Below are positions 50,301 to 64,000 of a DNA stretch of 64,000 bases, piece by piece. The stretch is from the human T2T-CHM13v2.0 reference genome, Homo sapiens. The stretch lies in NCBI RefSeq assembly GCF_009914755.1, contig NC_060926.1; one strand, 5' to 3'. Position numbers and translations under genes: made by a program. The stretch's first letter is position 1; each line of letters starts with the position of its first letter. The notes beneath the pieces were generated by a model. The model was not told the DNA's origin. It did no database searches and was given only the letters and a program-made list of their open reading frames with translations.

Positions 50301-52023
50301 TAAAAGTTGAGAAGCCTCCCCCTCTAGAAGCAGGAAGAGGAGGAAGAGGGGCTGGTGAAGGTGGTGGGAGACGTGGGGAGACACTCGGGGACGTGTGGCC
50401 CAAGCCAGGACACGGTGGCTCCTCCAAGAGGAGGGAGCATGATTGGCAGGTAGGAGGCCATTGGTAACGGCAGAGGGAAAACATATCAGGGAGGGTTTGG
50501 GGGCAGAAGCTCAATGTTAATGGGGCAGGCAGAATTGGAAAGGAAGTGGCACAGAGCTAGCAGGAGCAGATGCCTCTCAGGAGGAAGGAAAACAGTGATA
50601 CAATTTGGTGTACTTTCACAGTTTACCATTTCCCAAAACATTTCATCCTTTTACTTCTGGTGTCTTGAAGTGTAAGTAGGTATTTTACTTGAAAGCTTTT
50701 CTGAACCCAGTTCTGTGGAGTTAATATCACAATGGAAAGTATAAACACCAAACAAGAGTCCTCCAGAATGTGTTTCTGGGGAAGATCTGTCCCCGGGGAG
50801 GATGCCTGGAACGCATGCTTCTGAGCTGCAGTGGAGATGAGCGTGCGGCTGGAGGGGACACGGCAGCAAGGTCTAGGGGGTGGAGGGTCTTAGAAACCTA
50901 CGTCTTCCTGCCCATCCCTTGTCACGCCTGTCCCCAAAATCACCAAGACGGCGAAGTCTGGCCCAGGCCCAATGTGAGGGGATGAGGGGCACCCCCTAGC
51001 TGCTAGTTGTTGATGGAATTTGGGGTGGGTCTGGGACTGGATACAGGTTTGAGTTTGGGACCTCATGTGATGGTTCAGGGCCGTCACTCCCTGTGGGAGT
51101 CAGACAGGGGGACTGGTCAGGCCCCTGGCTGGATCAGGGTCAGGGGAACCGTCCTGCTTCCGAACGGACGCCTCACTGGCACCCTTGATCCACTTGGCTG
51201 GAGCATCATGTTTGCGGGAAGCGAAGCTCAGGGCTTTTTGAGTCTGTTTTTCTTTCTCGCAGCCCTCAAACCTCCCAATTGCGAGGAAAACCTCCTGTCA
51301 TTTTCAGCCTCATCAAAGATGGGATAAGAGGAAATTCGAATGAGGGAGGCAAAAGAGGAGAGAGGAAGACAGAGAGTGAGCAGGAAGAGCAGAGAGGAGG
51401 AGGTGGAGCAGGCAAGGGGCAGTCCTCCACCTGAGTTCTGGTCCCTCCGCATCTCGAGGGCACAGGCACAGGTGGGTGTTCTGGCAGCAGCTCCAGCCCG
51501 CCACCTCCCGCGCCTGCCCCCCAGAACAGCCCTGCCTGCTCAGGCCCAGCAGCCGGTCACTGGCATGAGACCCAGTGAACATGGCCTTTCGGAAATGTGC
51601 CTGCCAGCATGCTTTCAGCAGGCTGCAGCAGGAGGGAGGGAGAGGCGGTGTGTGGTGGACAGGCAGGGAGGGCGCGAAGCAGAGCAGGTGCCACCCACAT
51701 GCCATGCCTGGCACAGATGCGGGGTGAGCAGACCTGCAGTGGCTTCTTCCATCTTTCTACATTGTGGGTCAGGCAGGCAAGCCAGAGGGTGGGGCACATG
51801 GGAATGGGAATTGTGCCTGTGCCCCTGGGTGAAGATTTCAGACTGCAGAGGGAGAGGAAGCTGAGGTGGGAGGCAGGGCCCTACGAGGGGGAGTCCCACG
51901 TTGTGCAGTCACATCCCGGGCCAGTCATGGGGCAGGGATCTCAACCCCGACCACTGCCCTTGAGGAATCAGATCCTGGGGCTGCCCCCCAGACCCAGTCA
52001 CTTCACTGGCAGAAGGAACCTAC

Positions 52024-52309
52024 CCTGGAGAGCTGCGGGAGTCACGGTGGTTGTCCTCAGCCTGGTGCAGCCCAGCACTTCCCTCTGTCCTGCCCACTGG
52101 CACCTGTGGCCCATCGGCCTCTGAGGCAGCCCGGCCAGTCTTGAGAGCTGGTTTGTAGGCGGCACCAGGGAAGAAGGGGCTGTGTGTTCCTTCCCCGTTG
52201 TGCACAGATGTGGGGACTCCAGGGTCCAATTATCCTGCCACGGAGAAGTCACTGCCCCACACTGCCAATTAGCCTGGAATCTTATGTGTGGGATGGTGCC
52301 TGGCTGAGG
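52024..52309 (-). promoter_or_regulatory. OR6B3: Putative OR6B3 promoter and non-coding first exon
   Basis: 23-, 17- and 13-bp blocks identical to 27792-27894; donor AGG|GTAGGT at 52024/52023. Confidence 0.55.
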
Positions 52310-52954
52310 AGCGGCCCCAACCCTGGATGGTAAGAAACTCACCCCATTTACTGCTGACCATCTCTGGTCCCCTGTCCAGACATTCAGGCCACTTGACCAA
52401 CCTTCCTCCCCTGTCCATTCAGAGTCCACCCATACAGCCCTGTTCCCACTACAAGTTCTGCTACCCTCTCTCTTTGGGGTCAGAGAGGGGTGTGACTTCT
52501 GCTTGGGGACAGAGGCATTTTCTAGACTCAATGGCCATGACCTGGTCCAGGGAACATGGACAGGGAGGGACCATACTCTATTCCAGAATCCAGGAATGTT
52601 GTCACTGTCAAGGGGACAAGGAAATTTGAGTTTCTGACATAAGATAATTTCTTTTCTCAAATATACAGCCAACATAAACATCATTGTATCAGTCTTAGCC
52701 CAAACAGGTCTGTCTTGCAAATATTTCCAAAAGATAGTTTTCTGATGGCAGAAGAAATGGGAGGATCCAGAGGCCTGTCCCTGCCTAGGAAGTCTGGGAG
52801 CTACACTGTTTGGAGAAAAGCCCAATGCAAGAGAGGAGAAGGCAGTGGGGGAGGGTTGGCATTCCTGTAAAGAAATACTCCAACTTGCCAAGGTCTTTCT
52901 GACTCTCAGGAAGGCTAGTAGACAGAGCAAAGGAGGGCTCAATTAAGAAATAGA

Positions 52955-53203
52955 AGCCTCAGCAACATAGTGAGACCCCATCTCTACAAAAAAAGAAAAT
53001 AGACAGGTGTGGCAGCACGCACCTGTAGTCCCAGCTACTCGGGAAGCAGAGGTGGGAGGATCACTTGAGCAGGGGAGTAGAGGCTGCAGTGAGCTGTGAT
53101 TGTGCCACTGCACTCCAGCCTCAGCAACAGAGCAAGACCTTGTCAAAAAAAAAAAAAAAAAGAAAGAAAGAAAGAAAGCAAAAGAAAAGAAAAAAGAATA
53201 AAA
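52955..53203 (+). mobile_element. 5'-truncated AluJ with A/GAAA tail, followed by an L1M fragment to ~53645
   Basis: agcaacatagtgagacccc...gaggctgcagtgagctgtgattgtgccactgcactccagcc. Confidence 0.85.
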
Positions 53204-53809
53204 GAAATGGGCAGACGACTGGAACAGACACTTTATCAAAGAGGATTTATAAGATGTGTATCACCATTAGCCGCAAGGGAAATGCAAATCAAAGCCATCA
53301 TGAGACACCACTGCACACCCATCAGAGTAGCTGAAATAAGACACAGGGACAGCACTACGTGCTGTCTGGGAGGCAGGGAAGCTGGGGCCTCGCACGCTGC
53401 TGGTGTGGATGCAGAATGTTACTGCTGCTCTGGAAAATGGTCTCACAGCTTCTGTTAAACGTATATTCACACAAAAGCTATATTCACACGAATGTTTATA
53501 GCAGCTCCATTCATCATCTCCCAAAGCTGGCAATGGCCTTGCTGCCCTTCAGCAGGTCAATGGATAAGCACATTGGAGTGCATCTGTATGCTGGGGTCCT
53601 GTTTGGCAATCAGAACAAATGAATATCGATCCACACAACATGGACAATCTCACATTTTCTATCTTTATTGTCCATTTGGGCATCTGCCTGTGTTTCCAGT
53701 GTGCATTCCTCTCGTTGCTAATAACACTAACACCTGCTCACTGCTGCTTGGCCAGTTGGTTCCTTCCCTGATGTACCTGCTCAAGCCTTTCACCTGGTTT
53801 TAGTTGCGT

Positions 53810-54660
<851 letters not shown>

Positions 54661-54679
54661 TTGAGGAAACATAACTCCA

Positions 54680-57050
54680 TGGAGCAAACTGGTGTAGCAT
54701 CTTCTGTTCCAGTCCTTTCATAGTATTTTGAGCATTTGCATTTACCACTGGGTATGCAATGCCCAGTCCAGAGCAAGTGTCTCTTCCTGCATGGCCAATT
54801 TATAATGTCCTGGAGTGACCAGTAGTGCTGTGACAGTCTACTGCCCAGCTATGTGTGGGGCCATCCCCCTTCCCACGCCCACCCAGGGAGTCTGCTTCAT
54901 ATCGTCTGCAGTCTCCGTCCCTCTTATTTGAAGACAGGACAGTTGTTGCTGGCATCTTGTGCCTCAGAGGGTGTGTGTGTGGGGGGGCATATCCAGGTGC
55001 ACTCCCTCCTTGCACAGCTCCAGCCCCCACGTCCACTCATTCCATGGGCCCTGGTGGCCACCTCAAGTGAGTGCACCAGGCTTTCCATTTGCTGGTTCCA
55101 ATCACTTTCTGATCCTGGAAGGGGGTTTTGACAGACATTGATATGTCCTTTAATGCATCCCCTGAAATTCCCATAGTGATTTCTATGGGGCCTTACCCAA
55201 TTCTTCAATAGTGCAGTTTCCATGGCCCACCTGCCTGCCCACATAGCCAGGTCATTGCCACTGCCCATGAGTCCGTAAACACCCAAACACAAGGGCTCTT
55301 ACTGGTGTTCAATTCTTCCAATACCACAAGGAAAACAGGACGCACTTCCACTGACTGAACTGATTTATTCTTACCTTCTTCAATCAGTTTTTCCATCAGT
55401 TGGTCATAGGGTGGCAGCCTTCCAAACAGGATGCTACCCATCCTCCTTGGAACCGCTCTCCCTAAACCAAGCAGCTTATCCTTGGTCAATCCAGGGCTGC
55501 TCATAGGGCACCTCCCATGTGGCAATGGGATCTAGCAGTCCCTCAGGTGGTCCTAAAGTCAGCCACAGAGGAAAAGAGGCTTCTGTTTTGTGAATACAAT
55601 GAATACTTTCCAGGCATCCCCTTGTAGCATGCTCCTGTGTAAACCATTTCCATTTTATTCTGGAACTCTTCTGGGAATTGCTCTCCTGATGAGAGTATTT
55701 CTCTGACATCACCCAAGACATTATGGGCATTTCAGGTTTCAAGATTGTTTCCTGTCATTCAATCACAGAGGCAGTGTCAATGAATGCCCAATAGCAAACT
55801 AGTTATTATCTCTCAAATAGTCTATGTCATATTGATGCATCTGGAAATATTCTGATTCAAAATCCCTGAGTTTGCCACTGGGTGGCACTCATAGGCTTTA
55901 GCTATGAGCTCCTGCATGCAGTGTGAGTGGCAGATAATTCCGGAATTATGTCTGAGTGTGTCTCATTAGGGCTCAAGAACATCGATAGAGCTACTGCTTT
56001 TTGTTCAGGTCCCTGTTCAAATGTGGCCTCCTTCAGGTAGTGTCATGGATTGGAGCTACCAATATTCCCAGCTGTGGAATATGCATCCTTGAAAATCCAA
56101 ATGTCCCAATCATGCACTGTGTTTCTTCCTTAGTTCCAGGGGTAGGCAATGACAGCAATTAGATTTTAGTTGCCTGTGGAGTGTCAAGAGTGGTTTCTGC
56201 CCATGTTATTCCTAAGAATTTCACCCTTTGGACATGTCCTTCTATTGTTGTTGGATTTATCAACGAGCCTCTGTTAGTCACGTGCATCAGCATCCTCTTT
56301 AGGTCAGTTCTAGCTTGCTTTTCAGTTTCTGATATTATTGCAATATCAATTTTTTTATGTTTTATTACACTCAAGACCTGCATCAATTTGAAATCTCTTC
56401 TAACTGAATCATAACAGTAAGCTGGTAAATTCAAACAACCCTGTAGCCGTACAATAAATGTAAATTGAGATCCTTTCTACATGAAAGGCTCTTTTCTGAG
56501 ATTGAGATTGAGAAAAAAGCACCTCCAAGACCAGTCACTGAGCATAGTCTCCTTTTGCTTGCTGTATTTTTTTGCATTATTGAAACCACATTAAGAACTG
56601 CTGAAGCTATTGGCTTCACCACTTTACTTAAGGCTTGATTATCTACCGATAGTGTCCATGATCCATCTACCTTTCCACAGGCCCCACAAAGCTATAGAAC
56701 AAACAATCTCTTTATAACCATTCCAGCTTCTGTTGTCAATTAAAGTGGTAAGCCCTTTCTGTCTACCAGGTGTTCTATATTGTTTCAAATTAATAACCTC
56801 TATGAGTTCTGGAAATTCTATGGATTCTCATTTAGTCTGTCCAATTTACTCAATCTAACTGTAGCCCCCATTTGGACTTTACCAACAGGTTTGAAGCCAC
56901 AGTGCATTGGACTCCTGTGTCAAGGGGTCCCAGAAAAATTAGTCTCACCTTTCAGCCATTTTTCCCCACACATGTACATATGACTTTGGGTCTCCAACCA
57001 GTTGTTGGGCCAGAAGACCCTACTGCTTTGTCAATTCTCAGCCTGAGTAC
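54680..57050 (-). mobile_element. Decayed class III (ERV-L-like) internal pol fragment (RT-RNase H)
   Basis: Remnant motifs PIASAV...GGAFFSISI (56431..56622), INPTTIEG...VKFLGITW (56159..56434) and WVFTDSWAVA (55205..55525), all broken by stops and frameshifts. Confidence 0.8.
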
Positions 57051-57059
57051 TGCAAAATA

Positions 57060-60000
57060 TTGATAAGAGAAACACCAAAAACTAAAATAAATTGCCGAAA
57101 GAAAATGACAAAGGCCTAAAATAAAATATGCCATACTAAACTAAGATATACCATGTTCATGGATTAAAAATTTCAATAATGTTAAGATATTAATTCTTCC
57201 CAAATGGATCCATAGATTAAAGCACTCCCAATAAAAATACTAGCAGGCTTCACAAATTGAAAATCTGACCCTAGATTTGTATAGAAAGGAAAGGACCTTG
57301 AAGAGTTCAAACCATTTTGAAAAAAAAAAAAGAAAAACAACATTGGAGGGTATCTACTGCCTGATTTCAACACCTACTATAAAGTTACAGTAATAAAGTC
57401 AGGGTGAGATTGGCATGATGACAGATATGTAGTCCAGTGGTATAGAATATGCTATGATTCAGAAATTGATGACATATAAATGGTAAATTGATTTTTGGTA
57501 AAAGTACTAAGGTAGTTTGATGGGGAAAGATAGGCTTTTTAACAAATTATCTTGAGACAATGGAAATAAGAATAAATTAACCTGAATATTTTTGTGTGTG
57601 GGGTGTGTGTGTGCGTGCATGTGTGTGTGGTGGGAGAACTTATAATATTTGACCAAGTATCAAATTGCTATAGATTTTTCTTATTGGAATGTTCCTTTTG
57701 ATACAACCTTATGAGCTATAGTGTATTAAAATACACTATTTTAAGTGTAGAGTTTTATGAATTTTATCAAATGTATAAAATTGTGTACTACTACCACAAT
57801 CAAGATAGAACATTCAGTCATCCCAAAAAAGTTCATTTATGTCCATTTGCAGCAAATGATCTCTACCCACTGCTCAAGGAACTATTGATCTGCTTTTGGT
57901 CACTATAGATTTATGTTTGCCTTTTCTAAAACTTTGTGTAAGTGGAATCATACAGCATGGCTTCTTTTGCTCAACATGTTTTTGAGATTCATCCATATTG
58001 TTGGGTGCATAATTTGTTCCCTTTTTATTGTTGAATAGTATCCCCAGCATATGAATATACCACATATTTTAATCTACTTATCTGTTGATTGGTATTTGAG
58101 TTGTTTCTATATTTTGGCTATTATGAATAAAGCTGTTATGAGCATTTGTGTATGTATCTGTGTGTACAGGGATTTCTGTTGGATAAATAAATAAGGCATG
58201 CAATTTCTGGGTTATGCAGAAATTGTATTTTGAGCTTACATACAACTTTTCATGGGCTGTACCATTTTACATTCTTACCAACAATATATGAGGGTTTTAG
58301 TTGCTCTGCATCCTAACCTAGATTTAGTAATGCCATTCTTTAGCTCTTCAAGTGAATGTGCCAGGTATTTTGTTGTGATTTTAATTTCCTTTTCTCTAAT
58401 TACTAACAATGTAGAGCATGTTTTCATGGGTTTATTGGCCATCCATATTTGTCAGGAATTGTGAAGAATTTGAGATTTTACCTAATTATGAGCTACCAAT
58501 TAAGTCTGCCACACTTTCATGGATGCCGACAGAAGGTAGAGACAACAGAGTTTACTACTCATGATATGGGAGAATGTATAAACTTCATGCTTGCATCATT
58601 TCCCCTTGCCTATTCCCAGGTACCACAAGGATAATGTTAAGTGGTTCAGGTGGATACTGCATCAGGTGAGTTTCCATCACTGCCAAGAAATTTTGAGCTC
58701 ATAAAGGGCTGTAAGACAACCTGCCTAGGTTGCACAGCATACAAACCCACCTCTATCATTGTAACATTTCTCTTTATTTCTTGAATGGCTTCTCGCTTTA
58801 AGGTAGAATCATCTGATATTGCTATAGGTGTACAAGATTTCTTTTGGTTAACTTTATGACATAGAATTTCCCCTTACTTCTGCTTCCATTTTTCCTGTGT
58901 CGTTATATTTAAGGTATGTCTTAGCCAACCTGATAATCTCAGTCTTTTAAACAGAATACTTAAATAACTTAATGTAAATGCTGACATAATTTTGTTGACA
59001 TCTTTTGCCTATTTTTTAAAAGTTGGCCTCTCTTTTATACCCCTACTTTTACTTTTATCTACTTTCACTTGAATTGTTTTTTGTATTTCAATTTTTCCTT
59101 TATTAAATTTTTATATATTCTTTATTATTTTCTGGCTATCCTACAAAAGACAACATGCATTATTCTCTTATTACAATCTATTAAGATTAATTATATTTAT
59201 TACCACTAAGATAATGTTAGAACTTTAAAATAGTTTAATTTCATTTCATCTTTCTCAACGTTTACAAAATTCTACATAAATCTTAAAGTATGTGTCCTTG
59301 CTCTTATTGTTCAAACAGCTAATAATTGTTTACCTACTTATTAATACTTCAATTACTCTTTACTAATTTTTATATTTTGATGGTTCCATCTGCGATCACT
59401 AGGGGGAATTCACATTTAAATAATATGGACATCATACATTTCTCTATTTAGGACTTCTTTAATTTATCTTACCAATGTTTTGCAGTTCTTAGGGTAGGCA
59501 TCTTCCATACCTTTTAAAATTTTTATTTTTCCTATTTGTTTGTTGCTAATTACAGAAAAACAGTTCATTTTTGTATATCATGGCTCATGGTCTTACCAAA
59601 TTTACTTACTTGATTTAATAGTTGAATTATAGATTCTCGAGTATTTTATATGTAGAAAATTGTGTTGTGAATAAACAACATTTAAATTCTTTTTTTTGGT
59701 CCAATCTCTACGCATTTTTTTCCCTTGCCCTATGCATTTGCTGAAGGCTTCAGCACAATGTTAACAACAGGTAGTAAAAGCAGATATCCTTGCCTTATTG
59801 CTGATCTTAGCGGATAAACATTCAGTTTTTCAACATCATGCGTGATGTCAGCTTTAAGTTTTTGTCAATGCTCTTTTTCTGGATTGAGACAGTTTTATTC
59901 AATTCTTCTGTTCCTATTTTCTGAAATATTTACTTTGAATGTGTGTTGAATTTTTGTCAAAGGCCTTTTTTCTTCTGAATTTATTGAGATGCTAGGGGTA

Positions 60001-60490
60001 TGGTGTTTCTCTTTTGTTCTGTTGATATGGTAAATTATGGGTATTCTAATGGTGAATTCATGGAAGAAACCCTACTTGGTCATGATGAGATGCCCTGTTT
60101 TGTATTGCTGGATTTGTTTGCTAATATTTTCAGAGACTCTTGTGCCTATGTCTATGTTAATGAAGGCTTGGTTTGAAGTCTCCTTCTCTTGTAGCGTCTT
60201 CTTCATGTTTTGATAGCAGGGTTTTACTAGCTTCAACCATGAGCTGGAAAACAGCACCGCGTTTATTGTCTGAAACAATTTCTGTAAGATTGGTGTTATT
60301 TGTCATTAAATTTTTTGTTAACAATTTCAATGAAACCACATGGTCCTGGCATTTTCTTGGTAAGAAGGTTTTGTTTACAAATTCCATGTATTTAATAGAT
60401 GCATGGCTGTTTCAGGTTTTCTATTCTGCTTGTTTCCGTTTTGATTAGGTACATTTTTAAAATATTTGGACTTTTCATTGAAGTTTTTGA
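57060..60490. mobile_element. Mosaic of old L1 fragments in both orientations, with a (TG)n tract at ~57594-57630 and a probable ERVL-type LTR piece at ~58450-58740
   Basis: ataccatgttcatggatt...; gtggaatcatacagcatg...; gatatccttgccttattgctgatcttag... Confidence 0.7.
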
Positions 60491-60496
60491 ATTTCG

Positions 60497-60650
60497 GTTG
60501 GGCCTGGTGGCACGCACCTGTAGTCCCAGCTACTCAGGAGGCTGAGGCAGGAGGATTGCTTGAGCCCAGGAGTTCAAAGTGGCAGTGAGTAATGATTGCG
60601 CCACTGCAGCCTAGGTGAGAGAGTGAGACACTGTCTCTATCTTAAAAATA
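60497..60650 (+). mobile_element. Alu monomer (FAM/FRAM-like)
   Basis: ggtggcacgcacctgtagtcccagctactcaggaggctgaggcaggaggattgcttgagcccaggagttc... Confidence 0.8.
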
Positions 60651-62260
60651 ATATGTTGTTGAATTTATTGGCATACTATTATTACAATTCCAGTCATCTT
60701 CAATATTGGCAGCCTTTGACACAGACAAAAAAGGCCATTTTAATTTTTCTCACTTTTTATAACTACCTAAATCAAAAAAACCCATTAATGATTTTTGCAA
60801 CATCTAGAAATCCTGCTGCAAATAAAAGTAATGCCATTGTCAATTATGAGCTCAGAAGCTAGAAAGTAAACATTACATCAGAAAGGCAAATCATAGTATG
60901 AGGTCTTCAGCTCTAATTGGAATGACTATTAACTACTTGCAACAGAGTCACCTCTGAGGTGGAGAGAAATATTTGGTGTCTTGGAGAAGAGTCGCTCATG
61001 AGAAAAATATCATATATTCTACCTTGGAAAGGAAAGGAGTCCAACTGCAACTAAGACATTGAAGAATAGGAATTTGCTGGAAGGTTTGTGGAACGGCAGG
61101 CAGAGCAGGTGACCAACTGGTCTCAAGGGTACCTGGGCGCAAGGCTCAAGGGATGTTCGAATTTCATACAGTCTGTTAATCAGTTGGCCTTTTTTGTCCC
61201 GGATGATCTTTCTTTGTACAGCAAGAAAGTTGCCAACAGTTTCCATGCTTCGTTTATCCTACTTCACCTCCTCGGGGGGTTGCTCGTCTGGTTATGAGCT
61301 TCAAAAAATCTCAAGGAAGTCCTCTAGGCCCCACTTGCTGTTAGGTACCTTCTTCTGGCAAAACACAAGTGACAAAGATTCCAAACGTGTCAGAAGATGG
61401 CAGCATCCATTCAAACCACACAGTGTTGCGGGAGGGCATTTTTCAGAAAGGTAAGGCATTCCATGCAGGCAAAAATATGGATAAGCACCACAAAATGTCT
61501 GAGCTGATTTGCTTTCCACTAACTTTCCTTTCTGCTAGCTTTCTGAAATAACCTTTTGCTAAACTTAAATGTTCCTTGGATCTCTGTTAGGTTCCTGCTC
61601 TCAGAAGAAGAGAGAATTCTATTGGAACAGCTTTCCTTCTAAGCAATGCAATAGCAATATTAACCACAAGGATTACTTTAGTTTGTCTATTTAGTCTTTG
61701 AGTTTTAGAGCTAATTATAGGATGAAAATTATTTTGACTGGTCAACCTGTGTTGGGCTGAGAATTTCACAGTCAAGCATTTTTGGAAAATTCTTCCGCTT
61801 TGCTTGGCCTACATCCCCCATTCTTCCTGGGAAAGGGAAAATGCTAATTTAATACTTTTCAGCCTTTGCCATGGATATTTGAGGAGAAAGATGCTTGTTC
61901 CTATCTATTAGAGCTCAGGAAACCACTAAGGAAATGAGACAGATCTCTTTGAATTCAGCACAGAGTAGTTGAGTCAACAGCACTCAACTTCATTGTTTCA
62001 AAACAATTTGCCTCTTTTAAGCAAAGTTACGTATTTTAAAATTTAAAAATAAAGTTAACTCTTTTGTGTAGAGTATTTACTCAATTTACACTTAATACAA
62101 TAAATGACATGTCCTAAGATTCCCATTTTAATGTCTTTCTATTTCCTTTGTTCATTGTTTCTGTTTCTCTTTTACTCTCCTCTTTTGGATAAATTATGCA
62201 CCTCTAAAATGTTCTGCTTTATATTCCATGTTGATATTTTAGCTACATTTCTTTTGTTAG

Positions 62261-62690
62261 TGTGGTAGACAGAATAATATTCCCCTAATGATGTCCACAT
62301 TTTAATCTCCAGAATCTGCTAATGTTACCCTACATGGCAAAAAGACTTTGCAGATGTGATTAAGACAAGGATCCTTAGATAGGAAAACTACCCTGGGTTA
62401 TCTTCGTGGGTTCAATGTGATCGCAGAGTCCTTAAAATATGGAAGAGGAAGGCAAGAGTCACAGAAGGAGATATAATGGTGGAAACCCAAGCCAGTGTGA
62501 TGCAGCCAAGAGCCAAGATATGTGGGCAGCTTCTGGACACAGGAAAATTCAGACTCTTCTGAATTGACTCCAGAAGAAATGCAGCTCTTTTCACACCTTG
62601 ATTTTAGTTCCATAAGACCCACTTTAGACTATGACCTCTAGAATTGTAAGATAATAGAGTTTGTTACAGCAACAATAGGAAGTTAATACA
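62261..62690 (+). mobile_element. Solo MLT1 (MLT1C/D-like) MaLR LTR with 5-bp TSD
   Basis: TGTGGTAGACAGAATAAT...TAATACA; TSD GTTAG at 62256-62260 and 62691-62695. Confidence 0.88.
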
Positions 62691-62695
62691 GTTAG

Positions 62696-64000
62696 TTTCA
62701 GGGGTTATTCTAGAAGTTGAAATATGTACCTTTAACATATTACAGTCTATCTTCAATTAATACTATGCTATAAGATGAACTATATGGAAATGTTACATTT
62801 GTATAATTTCATGTACTCCCCTCCTGAACTTTTTGTTTGTTTGTTTTTTGCTTTCTAAAAAAAATTATTTTGCCTTTGCTCATATGTTCATTCTTACCCT
62901 TTCAAGTCCTGTTTATTCCTTCATTGAAGATTCAGGGCTCCAATTAATATCATCTTCTTTACGCTGGGAGATTTTCCTTTAGAATTTCTCTTAGTGCAGG
63001 CCTGAAGGTTCCAAATGATCTCAGCTTCTCTGTGCCTGATAATGTCTTCATTTAGCATTCATTTTGAAGAATATTTTTGCTGGGCATAGAATTCTATGCT
63101 GACAGTGTTTTCCTTTCAATACCTTAAAAATGTTGTTCCATTGTTAGCCTCCATTGTGTACAAGGAAAAGTCAGATGCCATTTTTCATGTTATACCAGTG
63201 TTATGTTAGGTTATTCCAGTGTTATATTAGGTTATTCCAGTGTTATGTAATTTTTCTTTTGGCAGTTTGAATATGTTATTCCACTACCTTCTGGCTTCAT
63301 CATTTCTGATGATGTTAAGCATTAATCTGATTGAGTATTAGATATATGAGGAGCCATTTTTTGCCTTGCTGCTTTCTCTTATTGTCTTGGGCTTTTGAAA
63401 GTTTGACTATGATATGTTTAGGAGTGGATCCCTTTGGATTTATTGTAATTGAAATTCATTAAGCTTCTTCTATTTATAGATTAATGTTTTTCATCAAGTT
63501 TGGGATGTTTTCCACCATTATTTATTCAAATCCTTTTTATGCTTAATTTGCTCCTCTCCTTCTGGGACTCCTAGTAAGTATGGGTTGGTACACTTGATGG
63601 TATCCTGTAAGTCTCTGATGCTTTGATTATTTTTAAGCATTCTACAGTCTTTCTGTTTCTTACTCTGAATAATCTCTATTGACCTATCTACAAGTCTGCT
63701 GATTCTTTTTTCTATAGTTGAGCACCTCTAGTAAATTCTTTTATTTCAGTTATAGTACTTTTTGTCCCAAAAATTTCTATTTGGGGATATACGTATATAT
63801 ATATATATCTTTATATATATATATATGTATATTATATATAATAATATGATGGGTAATTTCTATCTCTGTATTGGTATTTTCCATTTGATAAGACATCATT
63901 GTACATACTTTCCTTGAATTATTTAAACATGATTTTCCTCAGTTCTTTGAACATGTTTGCAGTGGCTGATTTCATGTGTTTGTCTAATAAGTTTTAGACA
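62696..64000 (-). mobile_element. Old L1 ORF1-region fragment with a 21-bp tandem repeat (~63195-63250) and (TA)n (~63787-63845)
   Basis: tttgaagaatatttttgctgggcatagaattct...tcaagtttgggatgttttc. Confidence 0.7.

Noticed and set aside
51998-52942. 314-aa minus-strand ORF
   Set aside because: Non-ATG start, no recognisable domain, random-like composition; it overlaps the putative OR6B3 promoter block.
54680-57050. Possible domesticated retroviral pol gene
   Set aside because: Broken into short pieces by stops and frameshifts; no intact RT catalytic motif seen.

Overview
Human genomic DNA, recognisably the 2q37.3 NDUFA10 / OR6B2 / PRR21 / OR6B3 locus, with all genes on the minus strand. The left third holds coding exons 1-8 of NDUFA10, each with verified GT/AG boundaries and reading frame, plus its CpG-island promoter. 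Two olfactory receptor CDSs follow: OR6B2 (24204-25142) and OR6B3 (39790-40785). Between them lie a ~6.6 kb L1MA element nested in an MLT1 LTR and several VNTRs, including the 28-bp minisatellite that generates the 'PRR21' ORF. The right third is mostly Alu, L1, L2, ERV1 and ERV-L debris. I see no new enzyme or defence-type system. The most interesting observations are: (i) a paralogous promoter and first-exon module with homeodomain and O/E-like sites upstream of both OR genes; (ii) an OR6B2 allele with two hits in conserved OR motifs (R122C, C179R) inside a probable gene-conversion tract; (iii) three short locally templated duplications, two of them inverted; (iv) a candidate NAGNAG-switched poison/in-frame cassette exon in NDUFA10 intron 5. 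Repeat subfamily names are from memory of consensus sequences and were not computed.
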